Source of the DNA: Candidatus Saccharimonadota bacterium
GTDB lineage: Bacteria > Patescibacteriota > Saccharimonadia > CAILAD01 > BJGX01
Direction: 5' to 3'
Length of the DNA stretch: 64,000 nt
Assembly (NCBI GenBank): GCA_046350735.1
Contig: JAXLZU010000002.1
Span: 16,219-80,218, forward strand
Below the pieces are notes generated by a model. That model made no database searches. It had not been told where the DNA came from and was given only the letters and a program-made list of their open reading frames with translations. Position numbers and translations under genes: made by a program. Of the stretch, positions 10,854 to 19,724 are shown one piece after another (the first letter of the stretch is position 1; each line of letters begins with the position of its first letter).

Positions 10854-12998
10854 CTATTTAGGCTGGTCAATACCCTTCATAGTAAGATTAAGGCGACCAC
10901 GATCGTCTATCTCAGTAAGTTTTACGTTTACCGTCTCACCCTCACTTAGCTCATCACTAATCTTTTCGACTCGTTCGGTCTTAATCTGACTAATATGCAC
11001 CATACCTTCTTTACCAGGCATAATCTCCACAAATGCACCAAAATCCATCAGTTTTACTACCTTACCAGTGTAGGTCTTGCCTACTTCTGGTTCGGCAACA
11101 ATGGTTTCTACCCATTGCTTAGCCGCTTCGGCCTTAGCCTCATCATCAGAGTAGATCATTATAAGGCCGTTGTCTTCAATATCCATTTCTACACAAGTTT
11201 CGGCGGTAATTTTCTGAATAGTTTCGCCGCCCTTACCAATTACCTCGCGAATCTTTTCGGGATCGATTGTAAGCTTAGTAATACGTGGAGCGTACGGACT
11301 AACCTCGGCGCGGGGCTTCTCGATAGTCTTGGCCATCTCACCCATAATGTGCATTCTACCCTCTTTGGCTTGCGCCAAAGCTTCAGACATAATGCTAGCC
11401 GAGATGCCTTTTACTTTAATATCCATCTGCAGTGCAGTAATACCATCTTTAGAACCAGCTACTTTAAAATCCATATCGCCAGCAAAATCTTCGGCATCTT
11501 GTATATCAGAGAGAATAACATACTTCTTAGGGTTGGCATGGTCTATCATAAGACCCATTGCAATACCGGCTACAGGAGCCTTAATTGGCACACCTGCATC
11601 CATGAGACTAAGTGTAGAACCACATACACTTGCCATAGAGGTAGAACCTGCCGAAGAAAGGAGCTCGGATACAACACGAATAGTGTATGGAAACTCTTCT
11701 AACTCAGGCAGAACTGGTACCAATGCTTTTTCGGCTAAATAGCCATGCCCAATTTCGCGTCTACCTGTTGAGCGAACTGGACGTGCCTCACCAGTAGAAA
11801 ATGGCGGAAAATTATAATGGTGCATATAACGCTTTTCGGTATCTTCTTCCATGGTATCTACCAACTGAGCATCACTGGTTGGACCAAGTGTAGTAATAGT
11901 TAGGGCTTGGGTTGTACCACGGGTAAACACCGCACTACCATGTGTACGTGGTAACAGTCCTACTTGGGTGCTTATTGGACGAATTTCGGTAGTCTTGCGA
12001 TTATCTGGACGATGCCCTTCTTCTAAGATAGCGCGTCGTACTTCTTTATCTATTACCTTTTCGAAAGCATTGGCAACATCTGGATGGCTATAACGCACCC
12101 TATCGTCGGCTTCAACTTCGTCAGAAAGCAAGCCAAACTCGGCCATCACTTCGCTTTTAAGTTGCTCAATAGCTTCGTGTCGTTCTTGCTTGTTGGCTGA
12201 ACGAATATTTTCGCCGAGTTTAGGGCTAACAAACTCCGCTACTTTATCAACCACTTCTTCTGCAGGAGTAAAGAGCTCGAACTCTCGTGGCTTTACAGCC
12301 ATCTGTTTTACCAACTCTTCTTGTAGCTTAATAACTGGCTGCCAACTCTTTACAGCTAGCTCTAAGGCTTCGACAATAGTTTTCTCAGCCACCTCGGCAG
12401 CTGCAGCTTCTACCATCATAATTGCATCTTTTGTACCCGCCACAGTTAGATTCAGTTTGCTTTCTATCTGTTCACTTACTGTTGGGTTAACTACTAGTTT
12501 GCCTCCTATTTCACCTATTCGAGCAGCTGCAACCGGACCATCGAATGGTGCACCAGTTAGCATTAGTGCGGTAGAAGCAGCGATTACCGAAATAATATCT
12601 GGTTCTTGCTCTAAATCGGCACTGAGTACTGTTATCATTACCTGTACATCATCCCTATATCCTTTAGGAAATAACGGACGAATCGGTCTATCTATAAGAC
12701 GGCTCACCAATACTGCCTGATCAGATGGCTTACCTTCTCGTTTCATAAATCGAGAACCAGAAATCTTACCGCTAGCATACATACGTTCTTCGTAATCTAC
12801 TAGCAGTGGAAAGAAATCTGTATCTGGGCGAGCATCTTGCACTACTGCTGTTGCCAAGACTACTGTATCACCATAACGTACAGTAACAGCACCATCGGCT
12901 CTAAAAGCCAAGTTGCCTGTTTCGAATTCGAGTTTCTTACCTGCAAATTCTGTTTCTAATTTGATTTGTTTACCACCAAAAGGATGGATTATCTTCAT
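10854..12998 (-). CDS. pnp: Polyribonucleotide nucleotidyltransferase
   Basis: Two RNase PH domains, RREIGHG, GDMDFKVAG, KH and S1 domains. Confidence 0.99.
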   Translation of the reverse strand: MKIIHPFGGKQIKLETEFAGKKLEFETGNLAFRADGAVTVRYGDTVVLATAVVQDARPDTDFFPLLVDYEERMYASGKISGSRFMKREGKPSDQAVLVSRLIDRPIRPLFPKGYRDDVQVMITVLSADLEQEPDIISVIAASTALMLTGAPFDGPVAAARIGEIGGKLVVNPTVSEQIESKLNLTVAGTKDAIMMVEAAAAEVAEKTIVEALELAVKSWQPVIKLQEELVKQMAVKPREFELFTPAEEVVDKVAEFVSPKLGENIRSANKQERHEAIEQLKSEVMAEFGLLSDEVEADDRVRYSHPDVANAFEKVIDKEVRRAILEEGHRPDNRKTTEIRPISTQVGLLPRTHGSAVFTRGTTQALTITTLGPTSDAQLVDTMEEDTEKRYMHHYNFPPFSTGEARPVRSTGRREIGHGYLAEKALVPVLPELEEFPYTIRVVSELLSSAGSTSMASVCGSTLSLMDAGVPIKAPVAGIAMGLMIDHANPKKYVILSDIQDAEDFAGDMDFKVAGSKDGITALQMDIKVKGISASIMSEALAQAKEGRMHIMGEMAKTIEKPRAEVSPYAPRITKLTIDPEKIREVIGKGGETIQKITAETCVEMDIEDNGLIMIYSDDEAKAEAAKQWVETIVAEPEVGKTYTGKVVKLMDFGAFVEIMPGKEGMVHISQIKTERVEKISDELSEGETVNVKLTEIDDRGRLNLTMKGIDQPK

Positions 12999-13032
12999 AG
13001 TATTGTACTAGTCCTTTCTTTTTGAAAAAGAA

Positions 13033-13117
13033 AGCTCAAATGATCGTTGTTAGTTAAGAGGGCCACGAGATCGAACACAAAATGTGATCGCGCAACTCTA
13101 TCACCAACTATCGAGCT
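13033..13117 (-). promoter_or_regulatory. Long hairpin in the pnp leader (probable RNase III / autoregulatory structure)
   Basis: Imperfect long stem between rpsO and pnp, the position of the known pnp leader hairpin in other bacteria. Confidence 0.45.
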
Positions 13118-13146
13118 AACTTTTTATTCAATTGTTAAAACATACA

Positions 13147-13413
13147 CTAGCGGCGAAGCTTGAGTTTCTTTACTAAAGCTTCATACCCTTTAGGGTCTTT
13201 TTTGGCTAAGTAATCGAGTAAACGACGACGTTTACTTACCATTGCCAAAAGACCACGACGAGAATGATTGTCTTTCTTGTGTTCTTTTAAATGAGCAGTA
13301 AGCTCATTTATTTTCGCTGTAAAAAGCGCTATTTGTACCTCGGTAGATCCTGTGTCTTTTTTATGAGTCGAAGACCCTGAGATAACTTTTTGCTTGGTTT
13401 CTTTGGTTAGCAT
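13147..13413 (-). CDS. rpsO: 30S ribosomal protein S15
   Basis: [22 protein letters not shown]. Confidence 0.99.
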   Translation of the reverse strand: MLTKETKQKVISGSSTHKKDTGSTEVQIALFTAKINELTAHLKEHKKDNHSRRGLLAMVSKRRRLLDYLAKKDPKGYEALVKKLKLRR

Positions 13414-13445
13414 ATGTTGAGACCAGTATAGCAGATAGCGCCATA

Positions 13446-14084
13446 TTATTCAAGTGTTATGGCGTTACTCAAGCTGTATTTACCAATTTGAATGCGTTTT
13501 ATATCTGTACAGTAGGCCCCAGTACCCAATGTAGAACCAATATCTTCCGCGAGTGAACGGATATATGTACCAGAGCTAACATCTGCAACTAAGCTCAGAT
13601 TAGGATATTTATACGAAAGTATCTCAAGTCGGGAAATTGTCACTTTTCTTTGTTTAAGAGCAACTTCTTTTCCTTCCCTGGCTAGTTTATAGGCTCTCTG
13701 GCCATCTACTTTGATTGCACTATATTGTGGAGGGATCTGACTAATCTGTCCCGTAAAGCCCTTTAAACTAGTTTCTATGGCCGCTTTAGCAGGCTTTTTT
13801 GTTGAGATTTGGGTCTTCTCACCCTCTTCGTCACCTGTGCTAGAGGTTACGCCAAGTTTTACACTAAATTCATACGTTTTGGGAAGTTTTAAGAACGCAT
13901 CAGATTTTTTGGTATATTCTTTCCCTACTAGGACAATAAGTAAACCTTCTGCCTCGGGGTCGAGCGTACCGGCATGACCGACTTTTTTAATGCCACTGAG
14001 CCGACGCACTTGAGCTACGATACTAAAAGAGCTCCTCCCACGCGGTTTGTTGATTAAATATATACCTTCTTTGATTGGTTCCAT
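13446..14084 (-). CDS. truB: tRNA pseudouridine(55) synthase
   Basis: [40 protein letters not shown]; start moved to MEPIKEG. Confidence 0.97.
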   Translation of the reverse strand: MEPIKEGIYLINKPRGRSSFSIVAQVRRLSGIKKVGHAGTLDPEAEGLLIVLVGKEYTKKSDAFLKLPKTYEFSVKLGVTSSTGDEEGEKTQISTKKPAKAAIETSLKGFTGQISQIPPQYSAIKVDGQRAYKLAREGKEVALKQRKVTISRLEILSYKYPNLSLVADVSSGTYIRSLAEDIGSTLGTGAYCTDIKRIQIGKYSLSNAITLE

Positions 14085-14216
14085 AACAACTCTCAAACTC
14101 ATTATCGCATAATAAACTTGAGAGCTGGGCCGATCAATCAAAATCGGCCCTTTGTGCTCATTGCAATCTGAAAGCCTTACTGGGCTTCAGTTAAAATCGT
14201 CATCCGAAGTTGAGAC

Positions 14217-14840
14217 TCATGAGCTGGGAGGTGTGGTGCTTCCGGCAAAGCCAGTACCAGGATGAGGCTCTTGACGTGGAGAAGCATTAATTTGATCAAT
14301 CGTCAAACCCTGTCCGTAACGCGTTAACCTATCGGCACCTGCTTCGCCTGCCTGTTCACCGCGCGTACGCGCATCGGTTAGAACAGATTCTCCTTCGCGG
14401 TCGAGCAGCATAATCAAACGATTCAAGATGGTTCGCGCAAACAGAATGTCTTCATCTTCTTTAAAACCACTCACACCGACGATGATGCCATAGTGTGTGT
14501 CAATGACCGCACCACCCCAGGGAAAAGCACGATGGATTCGCGCTACCAGTCCTGGGTACAAACGAACAGCATCAAGACTATCCAAGCCAGTAGCGAGACA
14601 GATAAGATTCTTACCTTTGGCGTTCTCACGATACCACAGAGTGTCGCGGGGCATACCTGAAACAGATTCTCCAGCGTTAATAACCGTAGCTCCATTGAAA
14701 TCACTACCAGGTTTCTGGGCCACAAGAATCTCAACCCCATAACTGTTTTCTTTCACCAAACGTGTATTCTTCCAGGCGCTAGCCGTTACAGAGATAAATC
14801 GCTGAAGCTCCGAAGAATTTTCTATTGAGATTCGAGTCAT
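14217..14840 (-). CDS. Accessory protein with a GlcG/HbpS-like C-terminal motif
   Basis: WGGAVI...GIIVGVSGFKEDED resembles the GlcG G..GVSG...ED motif; ATG after AAAGGA. Confidence 0.5.
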   Translation of the reverse strand: MTRISIENSSELQRFISVTASAWKNTRLVKENSYGVEILVAQKPGSDFNGATVINAGESVSGMPRDTLWYRENAKGKNLICLATGLDSLDAVRLYPGLVARIHRAFPWGGAVIDTHYGIIVGVSGFKEDEDILFARTILNRLIMLLDREGESVLTDARTRGEQAGEAGADRLTRYGQGLTIDQINASPRQEPHPGTGFAGSTTPPSS

Positions 14841-15007
14841 ATTGGTCGTCCTTTTTGTAGCAGATATCACGAGACCTTCGTGACCTGGGTATTGCAAAGA
14901 GCAGCTGATTGTATCAGCCCCCGAAACTCGAAGTTTTTTTCGAAACTCAGGGGCTGTCCCGATCCGCCGGTAACGGATCGGGAAATAGTACATGCAAGCC
15001 ATAGAAA

Positions 15008-15250
15008 TCACCCGCGAATACTACGAGACCTGTCGACAATTGAGCAACTAGACTGCATGTGAGCCTGTCGCAACATGTCGGGGCTGGTGTCATAACGAGA
15101 GTCGTAACGACTGCCATAACTAAAGTAATTGTTGAAACCGTCAGGGGTAGCAAACAATGTCTGCTCGCGCTGACCCCGACGGCGCATAAGCAAAATGGTA
15201 GAAACAGTGGCGAGAAGAAGCAGGACAAGAATGCGAGGCTTGCTCAGCAT
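15008..15250 (-). CDS. Small membrane-anchored accessory protein
   Basis: AAAGGGAAG SD, hydrophobic N-terminus followed by RRR; TTGACT/TATAAT promoter near 15311-15339. Confidence 0.55.
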   Translation of the reverse strand: MLSKPRILVLLLLATVSTILLMRRRGQREQTLFATPDGFNNYFSYGSRYDSRYDTSPDMLRQAHMQSSCSIVDRSRSIRG

Positions 15251-15400
15251 TACTTCCCTTTCTTTTTTTAGCCCAGATGAGCTAATCAATCGATTTGATT
15301 GATAGATGGTATTATAATTTAAATATTGAAAAAAGTCAATATTTTTACGTATTGCTTAGTAGTTGCCCACCGACAATTCGGCCTTTAAATAAACCAGTAC

Positions 15401-16432
15401 TTACTTCTGCTTCTGGCTGGGATTTTTGAACTTTTTTGGCTCTTTGGTTCCCTCACCTTCTTCACTCTCAACAACTTCTTCGTCTTTTATAACCTCGCCA
15501 GTTTTAGCGTCTTTAACGCCCTCTGCTGTAAGTTCTACACCTTGTTTGGCTAATTTATCAGCTATAGTTTCAGCTTTTTCTTTGGTTTTTGGTCTTGACT
15601 CAATCTTAGGCGGATTCATAATAGAAAAACTTGATTCGGCTTTAGGTGTTCGACGTTCAGCGTTTGAGCTGGCATTTTGTGTAAACAAGGTATTCACAAT
15701 ATCTTGTTGTTTCGCACCTGCACTCATCATTTGTGCAGAAATAGTTAAACTCTTGGCGGTAGTGTTAGTACCAGTAAAGCCTTTGGTGGCAGCCATGATA
15801 CCCGTAAGAATAGCAGTAGCCACATGATAATCAATCATACCCTGCGCAACAGACTCTATAACCCCTACTAACATCTCACTTACTGAGCTGGCTTGCGGCT
15901 CCACATAATTAACTGACCCATAATTTTCGTTACTACTATGGCAGTCGATATTTATAAGATGCAAACCATCAAAAATAGTAGGATTTTCTTCTAATATCTT
16001 ATCTATTCGACTAATTTGGCTTGCACCTAACACTATTACGAGATCGAATTTATATGCACCGTAGTCAAATGTGGCGTCTTTGGCAGTAAAATTACCAGCA
16101 AATGGTGAGATAACTACCTCAAGATTGTCTTCGTTGGTCTCGTAACGAAGCTTGTCCACTTCGACATTCTTGGTATCTAAGCGAATAATAAAATCACGAA
16201 TACCAGTAAGGTCTCGAGAAATACCCTTGGTATCGAGTATCTGTCGGGCCTTTGGCATGTCGCCTGTAATAATTGCGCTCACCTGCTTACCTGCACGTTG
16301 CAAGATAAGATCTAGTGCAACCATAGCCGAAAGCTGGTCGTTGTTAGGTTCGCGACCAGTAACGAGCAAGATATGGTTGGCTTGCTTAATTAGCTCTACA
16401 GCCTGTTGTTTGGGGGTTAATTCTTGTTGCAT
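15401..16432 (-). CDS. DHH/NrnA-like phosphoesterase fold, degenerate catalytic motifs
   Basis: Overall NrnA-like pattern but with IDCH and EPNND in place of IDHH and PD.D. Confidence 0.75.
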   Translation of the reverse strand: MQQELTPKQQAVELIKQANHILLVTGREPNNDQLSAMVALDLILQRAGKQVSAIITGDMPKARQILDTKGISRDLTGIRDFIIRLDTKNVEVDKLRYETNEDNLEVVISPFAGNFTAKDATFDYGAYKFDLVIVLGASQISRIDKILEENPTIFDGLHLINIDCHSSNENYGSVNYVEPQASSVSEMLVGVIESVAQGMIDYHVATAILTGIMAATKGFTGTNTTAKSLTISAQMMSAGAKQQDIVNTLFTQNASSNAERRTPKAESSFSIMNPPKIESRPKTKEKAETIADKLAKQGVELTAEGVKDAKTGEVIKDEEVVESEEGEGTKEPKKFKNPSQKQK

Positions 16433-16589
16433 AATTGATATATTTTATATTCAATTGGTAATTATAGCAAACATAAGCATATTTGTCAATACTTTTATAG
16501 ATAAGAAGCTGCTATTGTAAGCACAATAACTCACGGTTTTACTAATATAAAAGAAAAAGCTACCTTATTTACTAAGGTAGCCAAAAACA

Positions 16590-17066
16590 TTACCAACCAG
16601 GAACATATATCTGAGAAAAGCCTTCGTAAAGGCGCGGTGGATTAGCTTCGAGCTGACGATGCATGCGCTCTAATGCATGCTCTGGAATTTGTCTGTCTCG
16701 ATCAGTATTTCGCTTCTTACACACATTTAGAGGTGTCTTTAGCCAAATACCCTTAATAAAGCCATCATTACCCATGATGCTTCGAAGATGATCAAGCAGA
16801 CCCATTCTATCGAGTTGCTTAGCATTGGTTGCATCAAAAATTAGAACTTTGCCCGACCTAAGGGCTTCTTCTGCTCGCCTATAAGCAATCCGCCAAACTT
16901 CAGAATTACGGGTCTGGTCTGCAGCGTCACCCGTTAATTCGATACGAATATCATCTGGACACACAACTTGCTGATTAGGAACAATCTTTAGTACTTCTCG
17001 AATATATGTAGTTTTACCAGAACAAGGAGGGCCAATCATTACGTAAGCACGCATTATCTCGCCCAT
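16590..17066 (-). CDS. AAA_33 / polynucleotide-kinase-like P-loop kinase (GYACCY cassette)
   Basis: GPPCSGKTT, CPDDIR, IFDATN, CKKRN..R.R lid resembling the T4 PNK kinase domain. Confidence 0.85.
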   Translation of the reverse strand: MGEIMRAYVMIGPPCSGKTTYIREVLKIVPNQQVVCPDDIRIELTGDAADQTRNSEVWRIAYRRAEEALRSGKVLIFDATNAKQLDRMGLLDHLRSIMGNDGFIKGIWLKTPLNVCKKRNTDRDRQIPEHALERMHRQLEANPPRLYEGFSQIYVPGW

Positions 17067-17128
17067 CTGCTACTCCCTACTGTAGAGGTGCGAACGGATT
17101 ACAATACTACCAGAAAATTACCAAAAAG

Positions 17129-17157
17129 AAAAACCCCCTCACCACAAAGGTGAGGGG
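17129..17157 (-). terminator. Intrinsic terminator
   Basis: CCCCTCACC/GGTGAGGGG stem followed by a U-tract on the minus strand. Confidence 0.8.
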
Positions 17158-17163
17158 TAAAAA

Positions 17164-17754
17164 TTAATCCCAATACACAAATGGGTCGCGGTGCTGGGGA
17201 TAATGCTCATCGAGCCAGGCTACGGCTTCCTGTACAGCAGAGCGATGAGCACGGTACCGGACTTTCTTTGCAGACATGTCAGTTCCATGCCCTTCGGCTG
17301 GTATCTCGGCAGAACAAAGAAAGATAGCTTCACCGGTGGCCAGCAGTGCACTGCCGCCATCAGCCACTTCTCTCACAAATTCACGCAGACCATGATCCTC
17401 CAAAATCTCAGAAGGATCCCAATCTCGGACATTGTATCGACAGGTAAGGTACAGAGAAGCCTTGCGGTCGTATGCAGAGCCTTTGTAGAAGATCCTTGCA
17501 CGCTCACGATTGAGCTCATCCACAAGAGCGCTTACACGCGGCTCGAAACTCGGTACCACTTGCCAGCCTGGCGGCAAGATAACATTGAAAAACAGCTCAT
17601 CTTCGCAATCATTCAACACCACGCCACCCGCTACCAGTAACTCTTGGGCGCCAAAAGGCTCCATGGCACGCGGTAGTCTCTGGGTGACGGTCAGCTGAGT
17701 CTGTGCCACCCTCTCAGGATGTAGCACAAAGACATCTTCTGCATCAAAACCCAT
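17164..17754 (-). CDS. Phage-type hypothetical protein (GYACCY cassette)
   Basis: LPPGW...RARIFYK...YDR...WLDEHYP..RDP..YWD, a pattern I recall from uncharacterised phage proteins; GCACCT-ttt-GGAGGAGGG leader. Confidence 0.7.
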   Translation of the reverse strand: MGFDAEDVFVLHPERVAQTQLTVTQRLPRAMEPFGAQELLVAGGVVLNDCEDELFFNVILPPGWQVVPSFEPRVSALVDELNRERARIFYKGSAYDRKASLYLTCRYNVRDWDPSEILEDHGLREFVREVADGGSALLATGEAIFLCSAEIPAEGHGTDMSAKKVRYRAHRSAVQEAVAWLDEHYPQHRDPFVYWD

Positions 17755-17879
17755 TTTACTACCCTCCTCCAAAAGGTGCTTTTACGGGACTTTCCCGACC
17801 AGAACGCTCATAGGTGAAAGCTCTGGTCGATTCACCAGCCCAGGTTTACCCTGGGCTGGTGATGCAAGTAAGCTTCTAC

Positions 17880-17989
17880 ATGGGTTATTGAAGCTCTAAT
17901 TCCGCACGCGTACGGCGCAAACCCCTGCCTAGTTCGTCTTTTAAGGTGGTTATCGTTGTTTTTGGCTCATTGTTAGAACCTCAACCCAT
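17880..17989 (-). ncRNA. Candidate structured small RNA (long stem closing a large A-rich loop; 6S-like?)
   Basis: ATGGG-TTGAGGTTCTAA pairs with TTAGAGCTTCAA-taa-CCCAT; its G-U pairs form only on the minus strand. Confidence 0.35.
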
Positions 17990-18001
17990 AGATAACCCGT
18001 G

Positions 18002-18076
18002 TGCACCGTGCGAGATTTGAACTCGCGTTACAAGGTTGAAAACCTCGCGTCCTAGACCAGGCTGAACGAACGGTGC
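18002..18076 (-). tRNA. tRNA-Glu(TTC), no encoded CCA
   Basis: Cloverleaf GCACCGT.../CGAGG TTTTCAA CCTTG/GCGAG TTCAAAT CTCGC/ACGGTGC-A. Confidence 0.93.
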
Positions 18077-18095
18077 GAGATAGCAAATCTCGTTG

Positions 18096-18167
18096 TACGC
18101 CCCGTGGGATTCGAACCCACAACCTGCGGATTAAAAGTCCGTTGCTCTGCCGTTGAGCTAGAGGCGC
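18096..18167 (-). tRNA. tRNA-Lys(TTT), no encoded CCA
   Basis: GCGCCTC-TA-GCTC...GAGC-A-ACGGA CTTTTAA TCCGC...GTGGG TTCGAAT CCCAC GGGGCGT-A. Confidence 0.95.
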
Positions 18168-18303
18168 GTGCCTGATGACTCAGGCTACAAACCAAAACGA
18201 TACTGTTTTGGTTTGCGAAGGAGTGTTGCGGTATAGGCAGTTAGCCCACTCTGCAAATCAGCAGATAAGCAGAGTGGGCTTTAAGCCACAACCACAACAC
18301 GAG

Positions 18304-18679
18304 TGGAGCTGGGGGGAATCGAACCCCCGTCCATGAACCTTTCACTTTCATTCGCTACGACCATTCCCAAATTTCGGCTTTGTGGCCACCTTGGAGTTGG
18401 GTCTCCGCACCATCTAGTCTTTGCTAGAAGTCAGGCTGTCTTTGCAGCACGTCATCCGTCTTTCCGAATGTCAATCTCCACTTCTGTTGCCAGGCTGTGG
18501 TGATTTGGCCCCGTGCGGCATTGCTGCTCACGATGTCTCTCGACGTTACCCGATCAGGGATCAGGCGGCGGCGAGAGCGGGCGCCGGTGCGGCGTCTCTT
18601 TGGGTTCCCCGTTTAACGAGTCTGAGAAACTCGGGTCGCAAATGAAGCGTCAGTATCCATGTCGAAACCGATCAGCCCC
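18304..18679 (-). ncRNA. ssrA: tmRNA; predicted tag (A)AAPAPALAAA*
   Basis: 5' GGGGCTGATCGGTTTCGAC and 3' GGACGGGGGTTCGATTCCCCCCAGCTCCA with a G3.U acceptor-stem pair; internal frame ends ALAAA-TGA; 376 nt. Confidence 0.95.
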
Positions 18680-18757
18680 ATTAGTCGTCTTAGGCGGAAA
18701 AACGTAAGACGGCCAAGGAGACTGACTGGTTAAGGCTTATGGTTACTTTATTTATAG

Positions 18758-18783
18758 AAAAAATCCAAACCCTGTAGTTTGGA
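18758..18783 (-). terminator. Intrinsic terminator after the giant RNA
   Basis: TCCAAAC/GTTTGGA stem plus TTTTTT on the minus strand. Confidence 0.6.
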
Positions 18784-18900
18784 ATAATTATGTACTCAAT
18801 GTGCATATGGAATGATATTAAATTATTCATCCCAACCACAGGCCTCAAATATAAGAACTCTGGTCGGGATCCATCAGGGAACCCGAAGGTTTCCTGATGG

Positions 18901-19724
18901 AAAACGGATGTGCCGCATCCGGATGGTCGTTATTAGACTTGGCACTTGGCGTGAACTTTTCCTGGCGAGCTGCAGCTCGGTTCACAAAGGCTTCCGTTTA
19001 AGCCTTCACCTTATATCCTACCGGTAATGCGAGTCCACGCTGTGGAGTTCGCCAGGGCCGCCTCTTAATAGAGGCCCATACTAGGTATGGCGACCAGGAT
19101 ATGGCATGAACGTTTTCGATTTCGAGTGGGGGGGTAGGAACATCATGCCTTGCACCCGTGTCCCACTCTATCTCTGCCTTACGGCTTCGAACATCCCACC
19201 ACACAGGCGGCGCTCAATCTTAACATTACTGCTAAGAGAGCTGCCTGCCCATGTGGCGGCGAGCCAACAGATCTTGTTTGAAGCGCCATAGGCCATCACA
19301 GCCACAGGCGTCCGGAGACAAAATCTGTTATCTAAGCCACACAAGCGTTCTCCAGACCATCGGATTGGGCTTTCTTTACCCTCTCCACCTTTTTGCAATT
19401 CCCCCACTTTCGTGGTAGTCCAATTAGGGCTAGGGTCGTCTTCGACGTCCCGGGCGTGGTCTTCTCTACACTCCTGATACAAACGTTTTTGTCCGCCTGT
19501 ATCGGGCACCATGTCGCAGGATGCCTCCCGCATTCTGGCGTGTTTGGCTGGCGATTTAGCTACAGCAAGCCGGCATGCATCGCTCCGATCGTGTCGGTCT
19601 GTCGCGCATGGCCTACAGTCCCCCTGCAGCAAGGTTTCTCATTTCGGTCGTACCTACTTTTGAAGAAACCTAACTTCGTACTTAAGGTGCTAGGCTTGCG
19701 CCCAAATGCCCTGCTTGCTAGCTA
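18901..19724 (-). ncRNA. Giant (~825 nt) ornate structured RNA, GOLLD-like
   Basis: No credible ORF; dense helices, GNRA tetraloops and several crossing (pseudoknot) helices; size and tRNA/tmRNA neighbourhood match GOLLD; ends approximate. Confidence 0.7.

Noticed and set aside
18170-18185. CTGATGA on the + strand as a third hammerhead
   Set aside because: No stem II followed by GAAA and no stems I/III; it is just a GCCTGA/TCAGGC hairpin.
18901-19724. Group I/II intron or RNase P RNA
   Set aside because: No interrupted host gene, no recognisable group II domain V or group I P7 motifs, and no RNase P GAGGAAAGTCC signature found by eye.
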